A stretch of DNA of 64,000 nt from a virus (taxonomy: Duplodnaviria; Caudoviricetes), in the IMG/VR virus record IMGVR_UViG_3300011260_000073, positions 1,749-65,748 of that record; one strand, written 5' to 3'. Below are positions 9,591 to 20,262 of this stretch, in pieces. The notes under the pieces are model-generated. The model was given only the letters and a program-made list of their open reading frames with translations. It was not told the DNA's origin and searched no databases. The translations under genes and the position numbers were made by a program. Numbering within the stretch: position 1 is the stretch's first letter; every line of letters starts with the position of its first letter.

Positions 9591-11027
9591 TTAGTAATCC
9601 CGTAGTTTTTGGCCCTTGGCGGCGTTCTTGCGCATTATTGCGAGTAGCTTCATTGTCTTCGGAGAAAGCTCGGTCTTGCTCTCGTTCAACAACTCACCAA
9701 AGGCTTCATTATCGCCAACAAACGACCTAATCTGAGAAGCCGCTTCCTTGGCAGACAGTGGGCCGACCTTCGGGTCGTTCCATCCAAAAAACTTATCTAT
9801 ACCCTCGAGGAACCCACCAGATGAAACTAGACCAGTAGCTTCTTCAGCCGCTACGCGAGCTTGCTCGAGAACATCTTGTAACTGCTTCGCCTGCTGGAAG
9901 TCCTGTGGAGTTCTGAAATCAGCTCCAGCCCAAGTTTCTTCGAACTGTGCATTAGCTGCTCCGCGTTCCTCTTCTGGTAGCCCTTGGTGCAGCCGGTCAA
10001 TCTGGCCTTGCGCAAACTCAGTCCGTTCACGACTGGCTCCTTCAGCCGCTACACCTGCAGCACCTTTCGCTTTAGAGATGTCAAAACCAAGACGTTGCTG
10101 GCGTAGTTTAATATCAGCTGCTTCTTTACCAGTTAGCGCGCCTTCTTTAGGGCCGAGGTCAGCCTCTAAATTTTTACGAAGCGCTTTCTCTACATCCTCT
10201 ACACGACCGCCCGCATCAATGAACGGCAGAGCCTCGATAGGAATGCCCAACTGCGCAGCTCGTTGTGAACGCACTGCTTGTGTCTGACTTTCAATACCAG
10301 CGACACCTCTATCAACAGCTTGCTGTTCTTCAGGTGTGCGGGTTTGTAAAACGTTCATCTGCGAACGAAGGCGCGGTGTCTGACCAGGCAACGCAGGCTG
10401 GCCAGGCTGACCCGGCTGCGTTGGTGGTACCGTTGTTGGAGCGGCTGGAGCAGATGGCGCAGTCGGTGCTACTTGTTGTTGGCGAGTTCCTTCTCCGCGC
10501 AAAAAAGCCCCAGAGAAATTAGTAGGCATACCGGCCATGGCTTTTGAAATCTCACCACCCACAGCTGTAGCACGACCGCCAGTTAAGGTGTCGCCAAAGT
10601 CCTGTACTACGGACGGGATAAACCCACCGCGTTTTTGTATCTCAGGGACTGACCGCTCAGCCTGCTGGCGTAAAGCCCCACCGGCGGCGATAGGAGTTTC
10701 AATGGCAGCAGCAACACCAGCAACGCCCGGTATTTTCTTTAACACTTTACCAGCCGTCTTAGCAGCACCGCGTAATGTTACTGGAGCCTTGAGAGCTTTG
10801 ACCGCTCTACTGACTCGCCCTGCAGGAGCAGCGGTCGGTTTAGGAGGAGCCCCAGCTGCGGGGCCACCAATTCCGGGCGGCTTCGGAGCTGCGCCTATCT
10901 TCCTCTGAAACTTAATACCGTCTCCAGCAGGACGTAGCTTGGGGCCTCTACGAGCAGCGGCTTCTGCAGCTTTCTTTTTCTGCAAGCGCTTCTGAATTTC
11001 ATCAGGTGAATCAAAATTAATAGCCAT
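9591..11027 (-). CDS. putative internal virion / ejection protein
   Basis: 478 aa, Ala/Gly/Pro/Gln-rich, immediately upstream of the giant protein. Confidence 0.55.
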   Translation of the reverse strand: MAINFDSPDEIQKRLQKKKAAEAAARRGPKLRPAGDGIKFQRKIGAAPKPPGIGGPAAGAPPKPTAAPAGRVSRAVKALKAPVTLRGAAKTAGKVLKKIPGVAGVAAAIETPIAAGGALRQQAERSVPEIQKRGGFIPSVVQDFGDTLTGGRATAVGGEISKAMAGMPTNFSGAFLRGEGTRQQQVAPTAPSAPAAPTTVPPTQPGQPGQPALPGQTPRLRSQMNVLQTRTPEEQQAVDRGVAGIESQTQAVRSQRAAQLGIPIEALPFIDAGGRVEDVEKALRKNLEADLGPKEGALTGKEAADIKLRQQRLGFDISKAKGAAGVAAEGASRERTEFAQGQIDRLHQGLPEEERGAANAQFEETWAGADFRTPQDFQQAKQLQDVLEQARVAAEEATGLVSSGGFLEGIDKFFGWNDPKVGPLSAKEAASQIRSFVGDNEAFGELLNESKTELSPKTMKLLAIMRKNAAKGQKLRDY

Positions 11028-11048
11028 ACCTTATCCCTCCATGGGAAT

Positions 11049-12050
11049 TTATTCTGAAGCAGTAGTCTCGTGACCAATAGAAGCGAATGAGTTCTGGCTA
11101 CCCCAAGCAGCAGCAGCAATATCACCTACGGCTCTGGCAGCAGCATTAGCTCCACCAACCTTGGTAGATACTAGCGCAACATCACCATCAACCCCAATGG
11201 AATGCACGCGTATGTCTTTGTTGATTTCCATCTCGTCATACTGCAGTAGCAACTGCGCCAGTGATACGTAGGTATCATAGTATTTTGTAGCCAGCCCATT
11301 GAACTGCTGCTCTGCGTTAACAAGCTGTGAGGAGTAAGTAGCTGCATCCCCAGCAGCGCGTCCAAGCACACCGATATATTGAGCAGCGGCTGTGATGGAT
11401 TGCATCTTCTGCGCCATCAAAGTTGTAAGGGCAAACTTCACATTATCAATCTCGAGCTCCATCTGACGAATCATAATGTCCCGAGAGTGCGCTGAGATTC
11501 CTCTTGAAACTTCGCCACGGGTTTCGGCCAGCTGACCTACCTGTACACCCTGTGGTAAGTCCCAGCCCCTCGACGACCAGTAGTCATTAATCTCAACCTC
11601 TGTGCGACGGAGTTGCTTGTTCGCCACATCAGCATGGCGGTCAATGAGCGCTTGCTGTGTAGCCGCTGACAACATGAGCGGGTTTGAACCATCAACGACT
11701 GCCATCATACGGTCAGACAACTGCACAACTTCTGAAGCGAGGTCAGGGAAGTAGTCATCTAAATACGTCGTGAACTCGAGCTTCAGCCTGTCCATCAGCT
11801 CACGATACTTAAGGTCGTAGCCTGCTGTGAACAGAGGTCCTAAATCAGTGTTAAGGAGTTCGGTCAAATCAGGCAGATTATCTGGGTCTATAATTTGCTC
11901 TGGTGGAGTCGACTCATGGATATCAGGAGCCACACCGTAATAGAAAATGGACGTGGCCTGTTCTGCCAAGTCCACCGCTTTATCTGATAAAGACGCAGCC
12001 TGGTTGCGTGCATCGTTGATTGTGGCCGATACTGTGTTTTCAGCTGTCAT
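11049..12050 (-). CDS. virion structural protein (helical, putative ejection protein)
   Basis: 333 aa, WSSRGWDLPQG motif, position in structural operon. Confidence 0.55.
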   Translation of the reverse strand: MTAENTVSATINDARNQAASLSDKAVDLAEQATSIFYYGVAPDIHESTPPEQIIDPDNLPDLTELLNTDLGPLFTAGYDLKYRELMDRLKLEFTTYLDDYFPDLASEVVQLSDRMMAVVDGSNPLMLSAATQQALIDRHADVANKQLRRTEVEINDYWSSRGWDLPQGVQVGQLAETRGEVSRGISAHSRDIMIRQMELEIDNVKFALTTLMAQKMQSITAAAQYIGVLGRAAGDAATYSSQLVNAEQQFNGLATKYYDTYVSLAQLLLQYDEMEINKDIRVHSIGVDGDVALVSTKVGGANAAARAVGDIAAAAWGSQNSFASIGHETTASE

Positions 12051-12051
12051 A

Positions 12052-13512
12052 TCAGATTCTCCGAGTTAGTTTGATTTCACGCAACTCTAAGCTGTCCAGT
12101 TCGAAGTCTGCACCAGCCTCGTTAACAAGCTCCCACTGCCAGTAGTGTGCCTTCACACCCTTGCCGAGCTTGATTCGTATATCGCGTATTGTATCACTTG
12201 TATTGCAAGTCTCGTACCACCGTTCTTTCTTCACGCCGTCTTTGTCACGTACTATGGTCTTCAGCACAAGCGAGCCGGTGTTACGCATCGCAAGGTAGGC
12301 GCGCTCGATGCGGACATAGTTCGTACCCATCCGGCGCTGGCCTGACCTGACCACAGCAGCGATATCCACACCTGCGTCGTCGGCACCGTTCAGCAGATGG
12401 ATACCGTCTGACTTGCATCCGTAATACTGTTTGCCAATCTTGGCGAGCGAGTTGAAATCAAAGTCCTGGTACTCGGTGACAGCGTGGTTCTTCGAGTTCA
12501 TAGCTACGCCGAGGTAGGACCCAGCTTCGCGCAGGGTGAACCCGGCCAGAGCGTTCAAGTCTTCGTTGACCAGCAAGTCGAAAATCTGGTTAGTAGTAAG
12601 CTCGTCACCAACGGCTATTTGGTCTTCGGCCACAGCAACGAAGAGGCCATTCGGAGAAGATGTTTCATCGAACGCTGCTGTCTCGTTCAAAATGGCTTGT
12701 ATCAATACTGACGTTGCTGAACTGTCGTCTACACCAAGAGCTTCAGCAATCATTATATGGTAGTCGGCTGTGGTAGCGTCGGTGATGTTTACGATTTCTA
12801 TGAGCTTCGTAAACGAGTCGAATATCCGGTCGTGCATCCCGGCTGTGTCTAACAAGGATGCGTTGAGCACAGCGTCATCGAAGTTACCAAGCTGGGTCAG
12901 AATCACATTCTCTGAGGCGGCAGCAAAAAACACATCGCCTTCGTATACTGCGCCTTCGTCCATTAGCATGCCGTCTTCGGCTTCATGGTTAAACGTACCG
13001 AGGTCTTCCAAGGTATCTGCTGTCAGTACGTGCTCAAGTATATGCACCTCTAGGACTGTGGATACGACATTGCCAGTAACAATAGCATCGTTGTCACCAA
13101 CAGCTACGTATACTGCATTGCCTATTGCCACATCCCATAAGTCATCTGTGATACCAGAAGCTAGGATTGTCCAGACAGTACCGTTCTGGCTCTGCACCAT
13201 GGTGCCAACATTACCAACAGCGATGAATACGTTACCGCCGACAGCTATAGAGTTCAGGTCTTCACTGGACTGGGTCGTTACCTGTGTCCAGATAATACCG
13301 TCGTCACTAACGAGTCCGAGGCCGTTTGCTCCAACGGCAACAAGTACCAGGCCATTGAACGCTACACCATACAGGTCTTCGACTGTGCCGCTGGTCTGTG
13401 CCGTCCATACGTTACCTGAATCAGACGGGTCTGGATTCGTTTCAATAGCGCCACCTGACCCGACTCGTACAACGAAGTCACCAGTGTAAGTACTGTCATA
13501 CCAATCTGTCAT
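12052..13512 (-). CDS. tail structural protein with N-terminal BNR/beta-propeller repeats
   Basis: Repeated L..VA.G...VAVG..G....S.DG..W blades; C-terminal GKGVKAHYWQWEL motif. Confidence 0.6.
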   Translation of the reverse strand: MTDWYDSTYTGDFVVRVGSGGAIETNPDPSDSGNVWTAQTSGTVEDLYGVAFNGLVLVAVGANGLGLVSDDGIIWTQVTTQSSEDLNSIAVGGNVFIAVGNVGTMVQSQNGTVWTILASGITDDLWDVAIGNAVYVAVGDNDAIVTGNVVSTVLEVHILEHVLTADTLEDLGTFNHEAEDGMLMDEGAVYEGDVFFAAASENVILTQLGNFDDAVLNASLLDTAGMHDRIFDSFTKLIEIVNITDATTADYHIMIAEALGVDDSSATSVLIQAILNETAAFDETSSPNGLFVAVAEDQIAVGDELTTNQIFDLLVNEDLNALAGFTLREAGSYLGVAMNSKNHAVTEYQDFDFNSLAKIGKQYYGCKSDGIHLLNGADDAGVDIAAVVRSGQRRMGTNYVRIERAYLAMRNTGSLVLKTIVRDKDGVKKERWYETCNTSDTIRDIRIKLGKGVKAHYWQWELVNEAGADFELDSLELREIKLTRRI

Positions 13513-14153
13513 ACCTGTCTCCAGCTTTGTTGGTCGTTACTGGTAAGGGCAATCCCTGACCTTCCTGAGATAACTACATTGAGCGCGTTCGCTGTAATAC
13601 AGCGCAGGGGTAAATCTGTGCCGGTATCACGACGCACCCATGTAGCGCCATCAGTGCTAGTCAGCAGTGTGCCGTTATCACCAACGGCATACAGCACACC
13701 AGCTATCTGCCGCACTTGCCATAAATCATCAAGCGCCCCGCTATCCCGTTCATCCCAGTTCTGACCGCTGTCGTCACTGGACAGTACCCGACCGTTAGCG
13801 CCAACAACTACGAACCGGTCACCCAGTACAGCTACACTCGATAGCGCAGTAGGGCGGCGAGCTTCTTTAGCTGTTGCCCCCAGTGGCTGGCGATAGAACA
13901 CACGAACTTTGATAGCATCGACGCGAACGACAGCGCCCCCCGCTCCAGCAGTTGCCTTGAACGTCACACCGAACTCGGGCGAATTAAGCTCTTCAACAGT
14001 CAGGTCGGTCTTGATTAAATCTTCAGAGCCGCCGAACGTAGAATATGCTTCGGTCAGGGTGTAGTCACTATGAGTCTCAGCTGCGGAGTCGACAGTACAT
14101 ACCCAGATAGCCTCATCTGCATTTATGTAACCTTCGTCGTATGTTTTGCTCAT
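13509..14153 (-). CDS. tail-associated protein with BNR-type repeats
   Basis: VVVGANG...SDDSGQNW and YAVGDNG...STDGATW repeats. Confidence 0.6.
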   Translation of the reverse strand: MSKTYDEGYINADEAIWVCTVDSAAETHSDYTLTEAYSTFGGSEDLIKTDLTVEELNSPEFGVTFKATAGAGGAVVRVDAIKVRVFYRQPLGATAKEARRPTALSSVAVLGDRFVVVGANGRVLSSDDSGQNWDERDSGALDDLWQVRQIAGVLYAVGDNGTLLTSTDGATWVRRDTGTDLPLRCITANALNVVISGRSGIALTSNDQQSWRQV

Positions 14154-14157
14154 GTGA

Positions 14158-15408
14158 TTACCCTACATCGAACTGATACACAGTATCAGTAGACTGCCCA
14201 AGCATGTATAGTTTTGTACCATCCTCATTTAACCTTATACCCCGCATCGAGGAATCTATGAGTTTAGTGTACAGGAAGCGCCCCCCATATACGGCCGTGG
14301 ATACATCCCAAGGTACAGTCAAAGAGTACTCGTAGAGAGAATCTGTCGAGGTGCCTGTCATATACATTACAGTGCCATCTGGCTTAAAGAATACGCTGGC
14401 AGGATTGCCCTCTTCGACACTGAAATCGAACTCGACTAAATCATAAGTAGCTGTAGAAACGTCCCACGGTGTTGATAAGGTTAATTGGTACACCGTATCG
14501 AAAGTAGAATCTACTTCGTACATTTTTATGCCGTCTGCTCTAATGTAAACCTCTTTCGCCAAACCACCACCAGTAAACACGAAGAGCTTAGATGTATAAC
14601 TAGCTGTAGTTATATCCCACGCAGTAGATAGTACGTACTGGTGTACCGTTTTATCAGAAGCATCTAGCACAAACATATCTGTCCCTGCTGGACTGAACGA
14701 TATTCCGTATGACAAATCTGATACGCCAGCTAAAGAATAAGAATCGCCACTGTACGATGCTGTCGATAAATCCCACGCAGTAGACAAGTCATACATATAC
14801 ACAGACTCTGTTCCAGCAGAATCCACCACATAAACTTTTGTACCGTCTGCGGATATAGTAAATGCGGTTGGCGTATTTGGTTCGCTTGGGGACAGTGTGT
14901 CCCCACTAAGCGTAGCAGTAGATATATTCCAACTGGCAGCGAAAGCGCAATAGGCCACGCTACCAATATCACTAATTATTTCGCCACGTATAAGAGACCG
15001 CTCAACTTCTATCTGAACACCAAGTAGCTCAGCATCTAAGGGCAAGTTAAAATTAAAGCCTTGTAAGAATAATTCTTTCGATACGCCATCCGCGCCAAGC
15101 TCTACTGTCGCGTATACGTCGTCAGATGAAAAAACTGCGCTGATATTATCCCATGCTGTACCAGACCCACGATTATCTACATAGTCGCCAGCCTGAGCGC
15201 CGCTATCCTTGTCATCGCCGTTGCTCATTAATAGGCCATCTTTCACAATTACGTCGAGTGTCTTTGGTACAAACGCTGATGTAGGGTTAGAGAACTCAGT
15301 GGAGGGCGCACCGAAGCTGGTACCCCCACCACTGCCAGCTTGGTCATACACTTCACTAACCCCAATGAAGGAACCAGTAGCGTAACCATTATCAAGATTC
15401 AAAGACAT
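14158..15408 (-). CDS. tail/receptor-binding protein with beta-propeller repeats
   Basis: About six repeats of DGTKxYV...VYQYxLSTAWDxSTASY. Confidence 0.6.
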   Translation of the reverse strand: MSLNLDNGYATGSFIGVSEVYDQAGSGGGTSFGAPSTEFSNPTSAFVPKTLDVIVKDGLLMSNGDDKDSGAQAGDYVDNRGSGTAWDNISAVFSSDDVYATVELGADGVSKELFLQGFNFNLPLDAELLGVQIEVERSLIRGEIISDIGSVAYCAFAASWNISTATLSGDTLSPSEPNTPTAFTISADGTKVYVVDSAGTESVYMYDLSTAWDLSTASYSGDSYSLAGVSDLSYGISFSPAGTDMFVLDASDKTVHQYVLSTAWDITTASYTSKLFVFTGGGLAKEVYIRADGIKMYEVDSTFDTVYQLTLSTPWDVSTATYDLVEFDFSVEEGNPASVFFKPDGTVMYMTGTSTDSLYEYSLTVPWDVSTAVYGGRFLYTKLIDSSMRGIRLNEDGTKLYMLGQSTDTVYQFDVG

Positions 15409-15411
15409 AAT

Positions 15412-17025
15412 CTATCTCCTCGGATACCAGGCTGCGTTCAGCATGGGGACTGCGTTAATCGGTTGGCCAGTATCTTGTATAAGCGCTGGCAGCTCTGGCA
15501 ATGGGTCAGGCGTTCCAGCAGCTAACTGCTTCGCCCGCAGATTATCGTACAGTTCTCTGTGTGTCGTCTCCAGCTCAGGGGTCAGTATAACAAAATCTAG
15601 CTCTAAATCCGGCAGAGTTACTGGGTATCCACCGGGAGTGTGCGTACCTGCGTCCACATCCAGCCAGCTCCCCCAGCCTTTACCGTCGCTAGTTACGGCC
15701 ACGGCTCGGTTAGTCGTGGCTAGGTATCTGTTGTTGGCGTGACCAATCATCGGGTACACATCACCCGTCACTGTATGCGCGTACTGAGGGAACGTCTGTG
15801 GTGTTACCGCCGCGTCGAAGCCGGGGACATCCTCTGGTGATAGTCCGGTCTCGACTATTTTGAATTTGTTCTTGGTTCTGGCTTTAGCAGATAGGTACTG
15901 GAGCAGGTCAGTGTCTTCCACCGGCTCGTCACCTTTCATCACGCCTGTGCCTACCACAGCAAGTCGGCTTATATCTAGGTACGATATTAGGAACGTGTAC
16001 CTGTAGTTATCCCACCAGACCCAAGTCGGTTCGAAGAATAACTCCTCGCCCTCAAGCGTCTCCATGACCAGAAACTCATTGAAGTTGGTCTCGTCACCGG
16101 TGGCATGCAAAGCGGCTATGGTCACCTCGTCGTTGTAGTAATCAACAGCGAACACCTCTTTACCGCGCTCGAGAGGGTACTCATCAACCTCAACGGCCAG
16201 CGTAACGTTACCGTCCACGTCACGGTCAGCGGTTATGGACAGTTCTATCACTGCCCCGAAATCGAAGCTGCCGGGCGGGTCACCGTTCTCATCAAACATC
16301 AGGGTTACAGCTTTAGTTCCGTCATGGTTAAAGCGCCAGTACGAAGTCCACTCCATGTCAGCACCAACCTTGTCGACCCATGACGGGTACACCGGTTCGT
16401 CTGTTATGAAGTCAGCTGTGTCAGATATGGATTCTGCTGCGTACACTACGCCGTTGGAGTCTACGCCAACCAGTATGCCGTTGTTGATTGCAGCGGCGTT
16501 AATCAGCATGCCAGCAGGCCCACTGACACGAGTGTCAGCTGAGAAGTTAGTAACTTCGGGCGGTAGGTCTAAAGGGTCTGCGGCATCTGTATTGAACGTA
16601 CTCACGTACCGTCGTTGCAACCCACCGGTCACAACCTTCTTACCACGATACCATGGGTTGTTGCACACACCGCCAAGGTCAGGGTCGGGGCCAGCTACAT
16701 CATAGTTGGTTAGTATGCGCGACTCATCTAATTGTGTGCTACTTACTTTCGAAGACTTAGGGGAGAACTGATGTGCGGTTCGGTAGTTACCAACATCTTT
16801 GATGTAGGTGAAGAACTCATATCCAGGTACAGCTAGTTCAGCACGAATAACAATACGCTCGTTACCCCCGGACGTGCTGCTTATATTTACAAGCACGCCG
16901 TGGGTAGGAGCGTATGTCATAGTCATCGTACGCCATTGACGCATAGCTCGCAGGCGAACCATTGCGTGAGGGAGCCATTTAGCTGCTCTCAGCTTATCAC
17001 CGAGTAGCTCCTTATGGACTGGCAT
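15412..17025 (-). CDS. tail structural protein (hypothetical)
   Basis: 537-aa beta-rich ORF tightly packed in the tail operon. Confidence 0.55.
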   Translation of the reverse strand: MPVHKELLGDKLRAAKWLPHAMVRLRAMRQWRTMTMTYAPTHGVLVNISSTSGGNERIVIRAELAVPGYEFFTYIKDVGNYRTAHQFSPKSSKVSSTQLDESRILTNYDVAGPDPDLGGVCNNPWYRGKKVVTGGLQRRYVSTFNTDAADPLDLPPEVTNFSADTRVSGPAGMLINAAAINNGILVGVDSNGVVYAAESISDTADFITDEPVYPSWVDKVGADMEWTSYWRFNHDGTKAVTLMFDENGDPPGSFDFGAVIELSITADRDVDGNVTLAVEVDEYPLERGKEVFAVDYYNDEVTIAALHATGDETNFNEFLVMETLEGEELFFEPTWVWWDNYRYTFLISYLDISRLAVVGTGVMKGDEPVEDTDLLQYLSAKARTKNKFKIVETGLSPEDVPGFDAAVTPQTFPQYAHTVTGDVYPMIGHANNRYLATTNRAVAVTSDGKGWGSWLDVDAGTHTPGGYPVTLPDLELDFVILTPELETTHRELYDNLRAKQLAAGTPDPLPELPALIQDTGQPINAVPMLNAAWYPRR

Positions 17026-17031
17026 AATTTC

Positions 17032-17610
17032 TTAGGCATCAGCTGCAGAAATTGTGTAGGTCATCAGCAACTGGTCGACAGCAACAACGTCACGCGAGGC
17101 AGCAAACTTACTGGCTGACATCAACGTACCTGCTGTACCACCCTTCGTGCTTGAGGACGCAAGGAAAGCACCGTAGATAGTCTTGGTTGCGTTCATGGTG
17201 AACGTAGCCTTACTGGCGCTGTTAGTAATCTGCTGACTCGACGGAGCCGCTTCAACCCATGCCGGGCGAACTGTCTCATCATAGGCAGTAGACTCAGTAG
17301 CGTTGGCAGCGATATTCGCAGCAGTGTCGGTCGCTACAGGGGTGTAGTTGCCTTCGTAGATACCGACGAACCACGCCGTAATCTGGGTACCGGCGTTGAA
17401 CACCGCACTCAGGATATGGTCGAGGCCTTCGTTGACCACAATGTTATGGTCACTCTGTTCGCCAAGCAACGAGCCGTCTCGAAGAACGTCATGAGTAAAC
17501 ACACCGCCCAGAAAGATTTTAGACTTGGGCATGTAGATTCGACCGTCGTCAGAAATGTCGTACTGGTTGTTGCGGAACTCACGTGCAAATTTACTTAAAT
17601 TCTCTTCCAT
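17032..17610 (-). CDS. virion structural protein
   Basis: NIVVNEGLDHIL and TIYGAFL..S..KGG..GTL motifs recalled from phage tail-associated proteins; GGAGG SD. Confidence 0.6.
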   Translation of the reverse strand: MEENLSKFAREFRNNQYDISDDGRIYMPKSKIFLGGVFTHDVLRDGSLLGEQSDHNIVVNEGLDHILSAVFNAGTQITAWFVGIYEGNYTPVATDTAANIAANATESTAYDETVRPAWVEAAPSSQQITNSASKATFTMNATKTIYGAFLASSSTKGGTAGTLMSASKFAASRDVVAVDQLLMTYTISAADA

Positions 17611-17637
17611 GGTAATCCTCCATGTGCGTTAATAGCA

Positions 17638-18894
17638 CTAATCAATAATCACACCGTTTCGAACAACTTCCGCAACAGCTATATCAGAAGCGTACAGTCT
17701 ACCATTATTTCCGCCCTTTTTGACCAGGCCGACATATTGCGATATACCGTCTGCTTCCCGTAACATCGCAGACCCGGCTGAGCCGGTTTCCTGCGGAGCA
17801 TACTTCTCATAGGTCAAATTGGTAAACCCGCCACCATTCGTCCCTACGCACACACCTTGTTCTGTGTAGCACACAATAACTTCTTCATCGCCTTCCAGTC
17901 CCAAAGCAGTCGCATTGGATTTAACCATGGTGCCCTTAATAGCTTTGTATGGAGCCTTGGCTATTGGGCTAGCCTCTATGGTCTTAGAGAACGGTATGAA
18001 GTATATCTTGTCAGCCGAGACAAACAACCCATCCTCAACGGCACCGAGCATATCGATGTCCTTGGAGAACTGGAAGAAGTCCTTGTACGGTCGGCACATG
18101 CCGTACGCGTGCGGGAGCGTGAAATATAGATAAGGCCCCGAAGCGATGTACAGCGCCCCGTTATACGATTCGAGTAGGTCGCCAGCAGGTGGCGGTGTCA
18201 TCAAATAGTGTCGAAGCGGCACAGTTAGTTCGGCTGAAGTAATTGTGCGCGTAGTCACTCCGACCAAAAATTCATCAGCTTTGTAGAACTCTTCGCCGCT
18301 GGCGGAGGTCATGTAAATACGAACCAAGCTAATATCTAATTCGATAGGCTGCGGTATGTTGCTAAGGGCGATACCGCCAGCAGAATCAAGTACGATGCTA
18401 CCTGCTTCGATGGCTCCCGACTCCTCACCATCGTCGCGTACAAAGCATAGGGTTAGAAAATATGTGCCGGGATGCAGAGCACCAGCCACTGCGGTCATGT
18501 CTGGAATTCGGGGAGGGAGTTCTACTCCCCAAGAACGCGCTACGCCGTTGCGTACCATTCCTGTTGATTTACCATTGGAGAAGTACACGTCCCCCACAAC
18601 ATCTACGTAAGCCATTTCTCGCTCACGCTGTAACCCTGTTCTGAGGGCTGAAGCTATTCTTGAAATAGGGTCGAAGGACTTTAGTGTGTCCCCCTCAACA
18701 AAGAAGGCATCGGAGTTATTCCCCCAGAGGCTGTGGCAGTCAACTCCGTCGTAAATGCTGGATGTACCTTTGCGTAGGCGTAGCCGTTGCGTGTCATCGA
18801 TGTCGACATTAGTGGCTTTACGAAGTTCTTTGCGGGACAAACGCTCTTCGGCGGAGACATTGTTAATCCCTTCAAATTTATCAAAGACCGGCAT
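17638..18894 (-). CDS. podovirus tail tubular/stabilisation (nozzle-like) protein
   Basis: Starts MPVFDKFEGINN...L..ATNVDID...RLRLRKG, typical of podovirus tail-stabilisation proteins; follows the adaptor gene. Confidence 0.6.
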   Translation of the reverse strand: MPVFDKFEGINNVSAEERLSRKELRKATNVDIDDTQRLRLRKGTSSIYDGVDCHSLWGNNSDAFFVEGDTLKSFDPISRIASALRTGLQREREMAYVDVVGDVYFSNGKSTGMVRNGVARSWGVELPPRIPDMTAVAGALHPGTYFLTLCFVRDDGEESGAIEAGSIVLDSAGGIALSNIPQPIELDISLVRIYMTSASGEEFYKADEFLVGVTTRTITSAELTVPLRHYLMTPPPAGDLLESYNGALYIASGPYLYFTLPHAYGMCRPYKDFFQFSKDIDMLGAVEDGLFVSADKIYFIPFSKTIEASPIAKAPYKAIKGTMVKSNATALGLEGDEEVIVCYTEQGVCVGTNGGGFTNLTYEKYAPQETGSAGSAMLREADGISQYVGLVKKGGNNGRLYASDIAVAEVVRNGVIID

Positions 18895-19564
18895 AGCGCA
18901 CCGTACCTGGCTTGCGACGAAGTCTTTGGTAACGAAGGCGTGCTTCTTTCGCATAGTCATCAAAGTCGCTCTTCTTATCAGCAGCTATGCGTGCGTTGTA
19001 TGTATCTGTATCTTGTTTGGAGTAGGCCAAATGCTGCATGTACAGCATAAGCGCTAACTGGTGCTCAGTATCTGTAAGCTCAAGCGAAGAGTGTTCGTCT
19101 TCGATGTCAGTCAGTGGCATACGGAATACTACAAGATTCAGTGTATCGTCGGCTACTGGGATACCGACCAAGCGGCCGTTGTTAGCTTTCATATCGAGCA
19201 CAATCACGTTCGGTGTACCAGCCAGCGCTTCCCAGTTAGTCTGGAAAATGTTCGACCCGTAATCATCGTCGTAGGATTCTGTCTCAATATCGGAGTAATT
19301 ATATATGCGCAAGCTTCTTCCTGAAGAGGCCAGCTTAGCTGAACGAATTTTAGTAAAGCGGCTGCTTATAGCGACGAACTCATCATCGGTAGTAATAGCT
19401 GCAGTGTCTGTATCTGAAAAACAGTCTGTCTTCAGAGCGAAGCGCTTTTGCGCCCTGTCCATATAGCTGTAGACCTCGACCTCTGACCACAGTGGGTCAG
19501 AAGGGTCGAGGTCATCAACTTCGGCACGGAATAAATCATGTAGCTCTTCGGCTGTATATGCCAT
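18881..19564 (-). CDS. head-tail adaptor / tail tubular protein A-like
   Basis: LWSEVEVYSYMDRAQ and ALMLYMQHLAYSKQD motifs; position after capsid genes. Confidence 0.65.
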   Translation of the reverse strand: MAYTAEELHDLFRAEVDDLDPSDPLWSEVEVYSYMDRAQKRFALKTDCFSDTDTAAITTDDEFVAISSRFTKIRSAKLASSGRSLRIYNYSDIETESYDDDYGSNIFQTNWEALAGTPNVIVLDMKANNGRLVGIPVADDTLNLVVFRMPLTDIEDEHSSLELTDTEHQLALMLYMQHLAYSKQDTDTYNARIAADKKSDFDDYAKEARLRYQRLRRKPGTVRYAGL

Positions 19565-20199
19565 CAGCCTTTAGCCGCATCCTTAACATCTTGGAAAATA
19601 GTATCCCGTTCTTCTTTGGTAACAGTCAGCCCGGTCAACTCATTTAGGAATTCTGTCTTCGGGAAATTAGTAGCAGTGAACTTGGTGCCTTCGTTCTCTG
19701 CATACATTTCTTCGCAGGCTTTGCGAATACGAGCAGTCCGGTCATCTGGTGTGACAGCAGCGGCCTTCGGCTCTGGCTTATTAGTCTGGTATCCTTTCGG
19801 ACGTTGCGCACCAACAGCCATCACTTCCTTCTCCATGACAGGAGGGACGTGGCGAGGTACGTCTTCTTTAAAGCTTACGGAATGGCCAAAGATAGAAATG
19901 ATATCCAAGTCACGGTTCAATACGAACGGATTGGCAATACCTTCAAAGTCTTTAGCATCAACGGCATCGATGGCAGCTTTGGCAGCGGCCTGCGCTTCTT
20001 CAGCTTCGGCAGCTTCTTTGTCAGCGAGGGCCTGCGCTTCGGCAGCTTCCTTAGCTTCTTTGTCAGCAGTTTCCTGAGCAATACGAGCTTCTTCAGCTTC
20101 ACCGTTTGCGGCGGCCACAGCTACGGCGGCAGCGGCTTCATCTTCTGCAGGTTTGGTTTGTTTGGTGGGTTGGGTCTTCTTTTTGGAGGGCTTAGCCAT
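19564..20199 (-). CDS. hypothetical protein with Ala/Glu-rich N-terminus
   Basis: AAGGAG SD before ATG 20199; C-terminal FTATNFPK...TKEERD motif. Confidence 0.6.
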   Translation of the reverse strand: MAKPSKKKTQPTKQTKPAEDEAAAAVAVAAANGEAEEARIAQETADKEAKEAAEAQALADKEAAEAEEAQAAAKAAIDAVDAKDFEGIANPFVLNRDLDIISIFGHSVSFKEDVPRHVPPVMEKEVMAVGAQRPKGYQTNKPEPKAAAVTPDDRTARIRKACEEMYAENEGTKFTATNFPKTEFLNELTGLTVTKEERDTIFQDVKDAAKG

Positions 20200-20217
20200 T
20201 AGGGGCTCCTTGGTTAA

Positions 20218-20246
20218 AATTGAGCCCGGACAATCCGGGCTCAATT
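20218..20246 (-). terminator. intrinsic terminator after the capsid/decoration genes
   Basis: 13-bp stem AATTGAGCCCGGA/TCCGGGCTCAATT ending in TTTT on the minus strand. Confidence 0.6.
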
Positions 20247-20262
20247 AGCAACTAACTAACGA

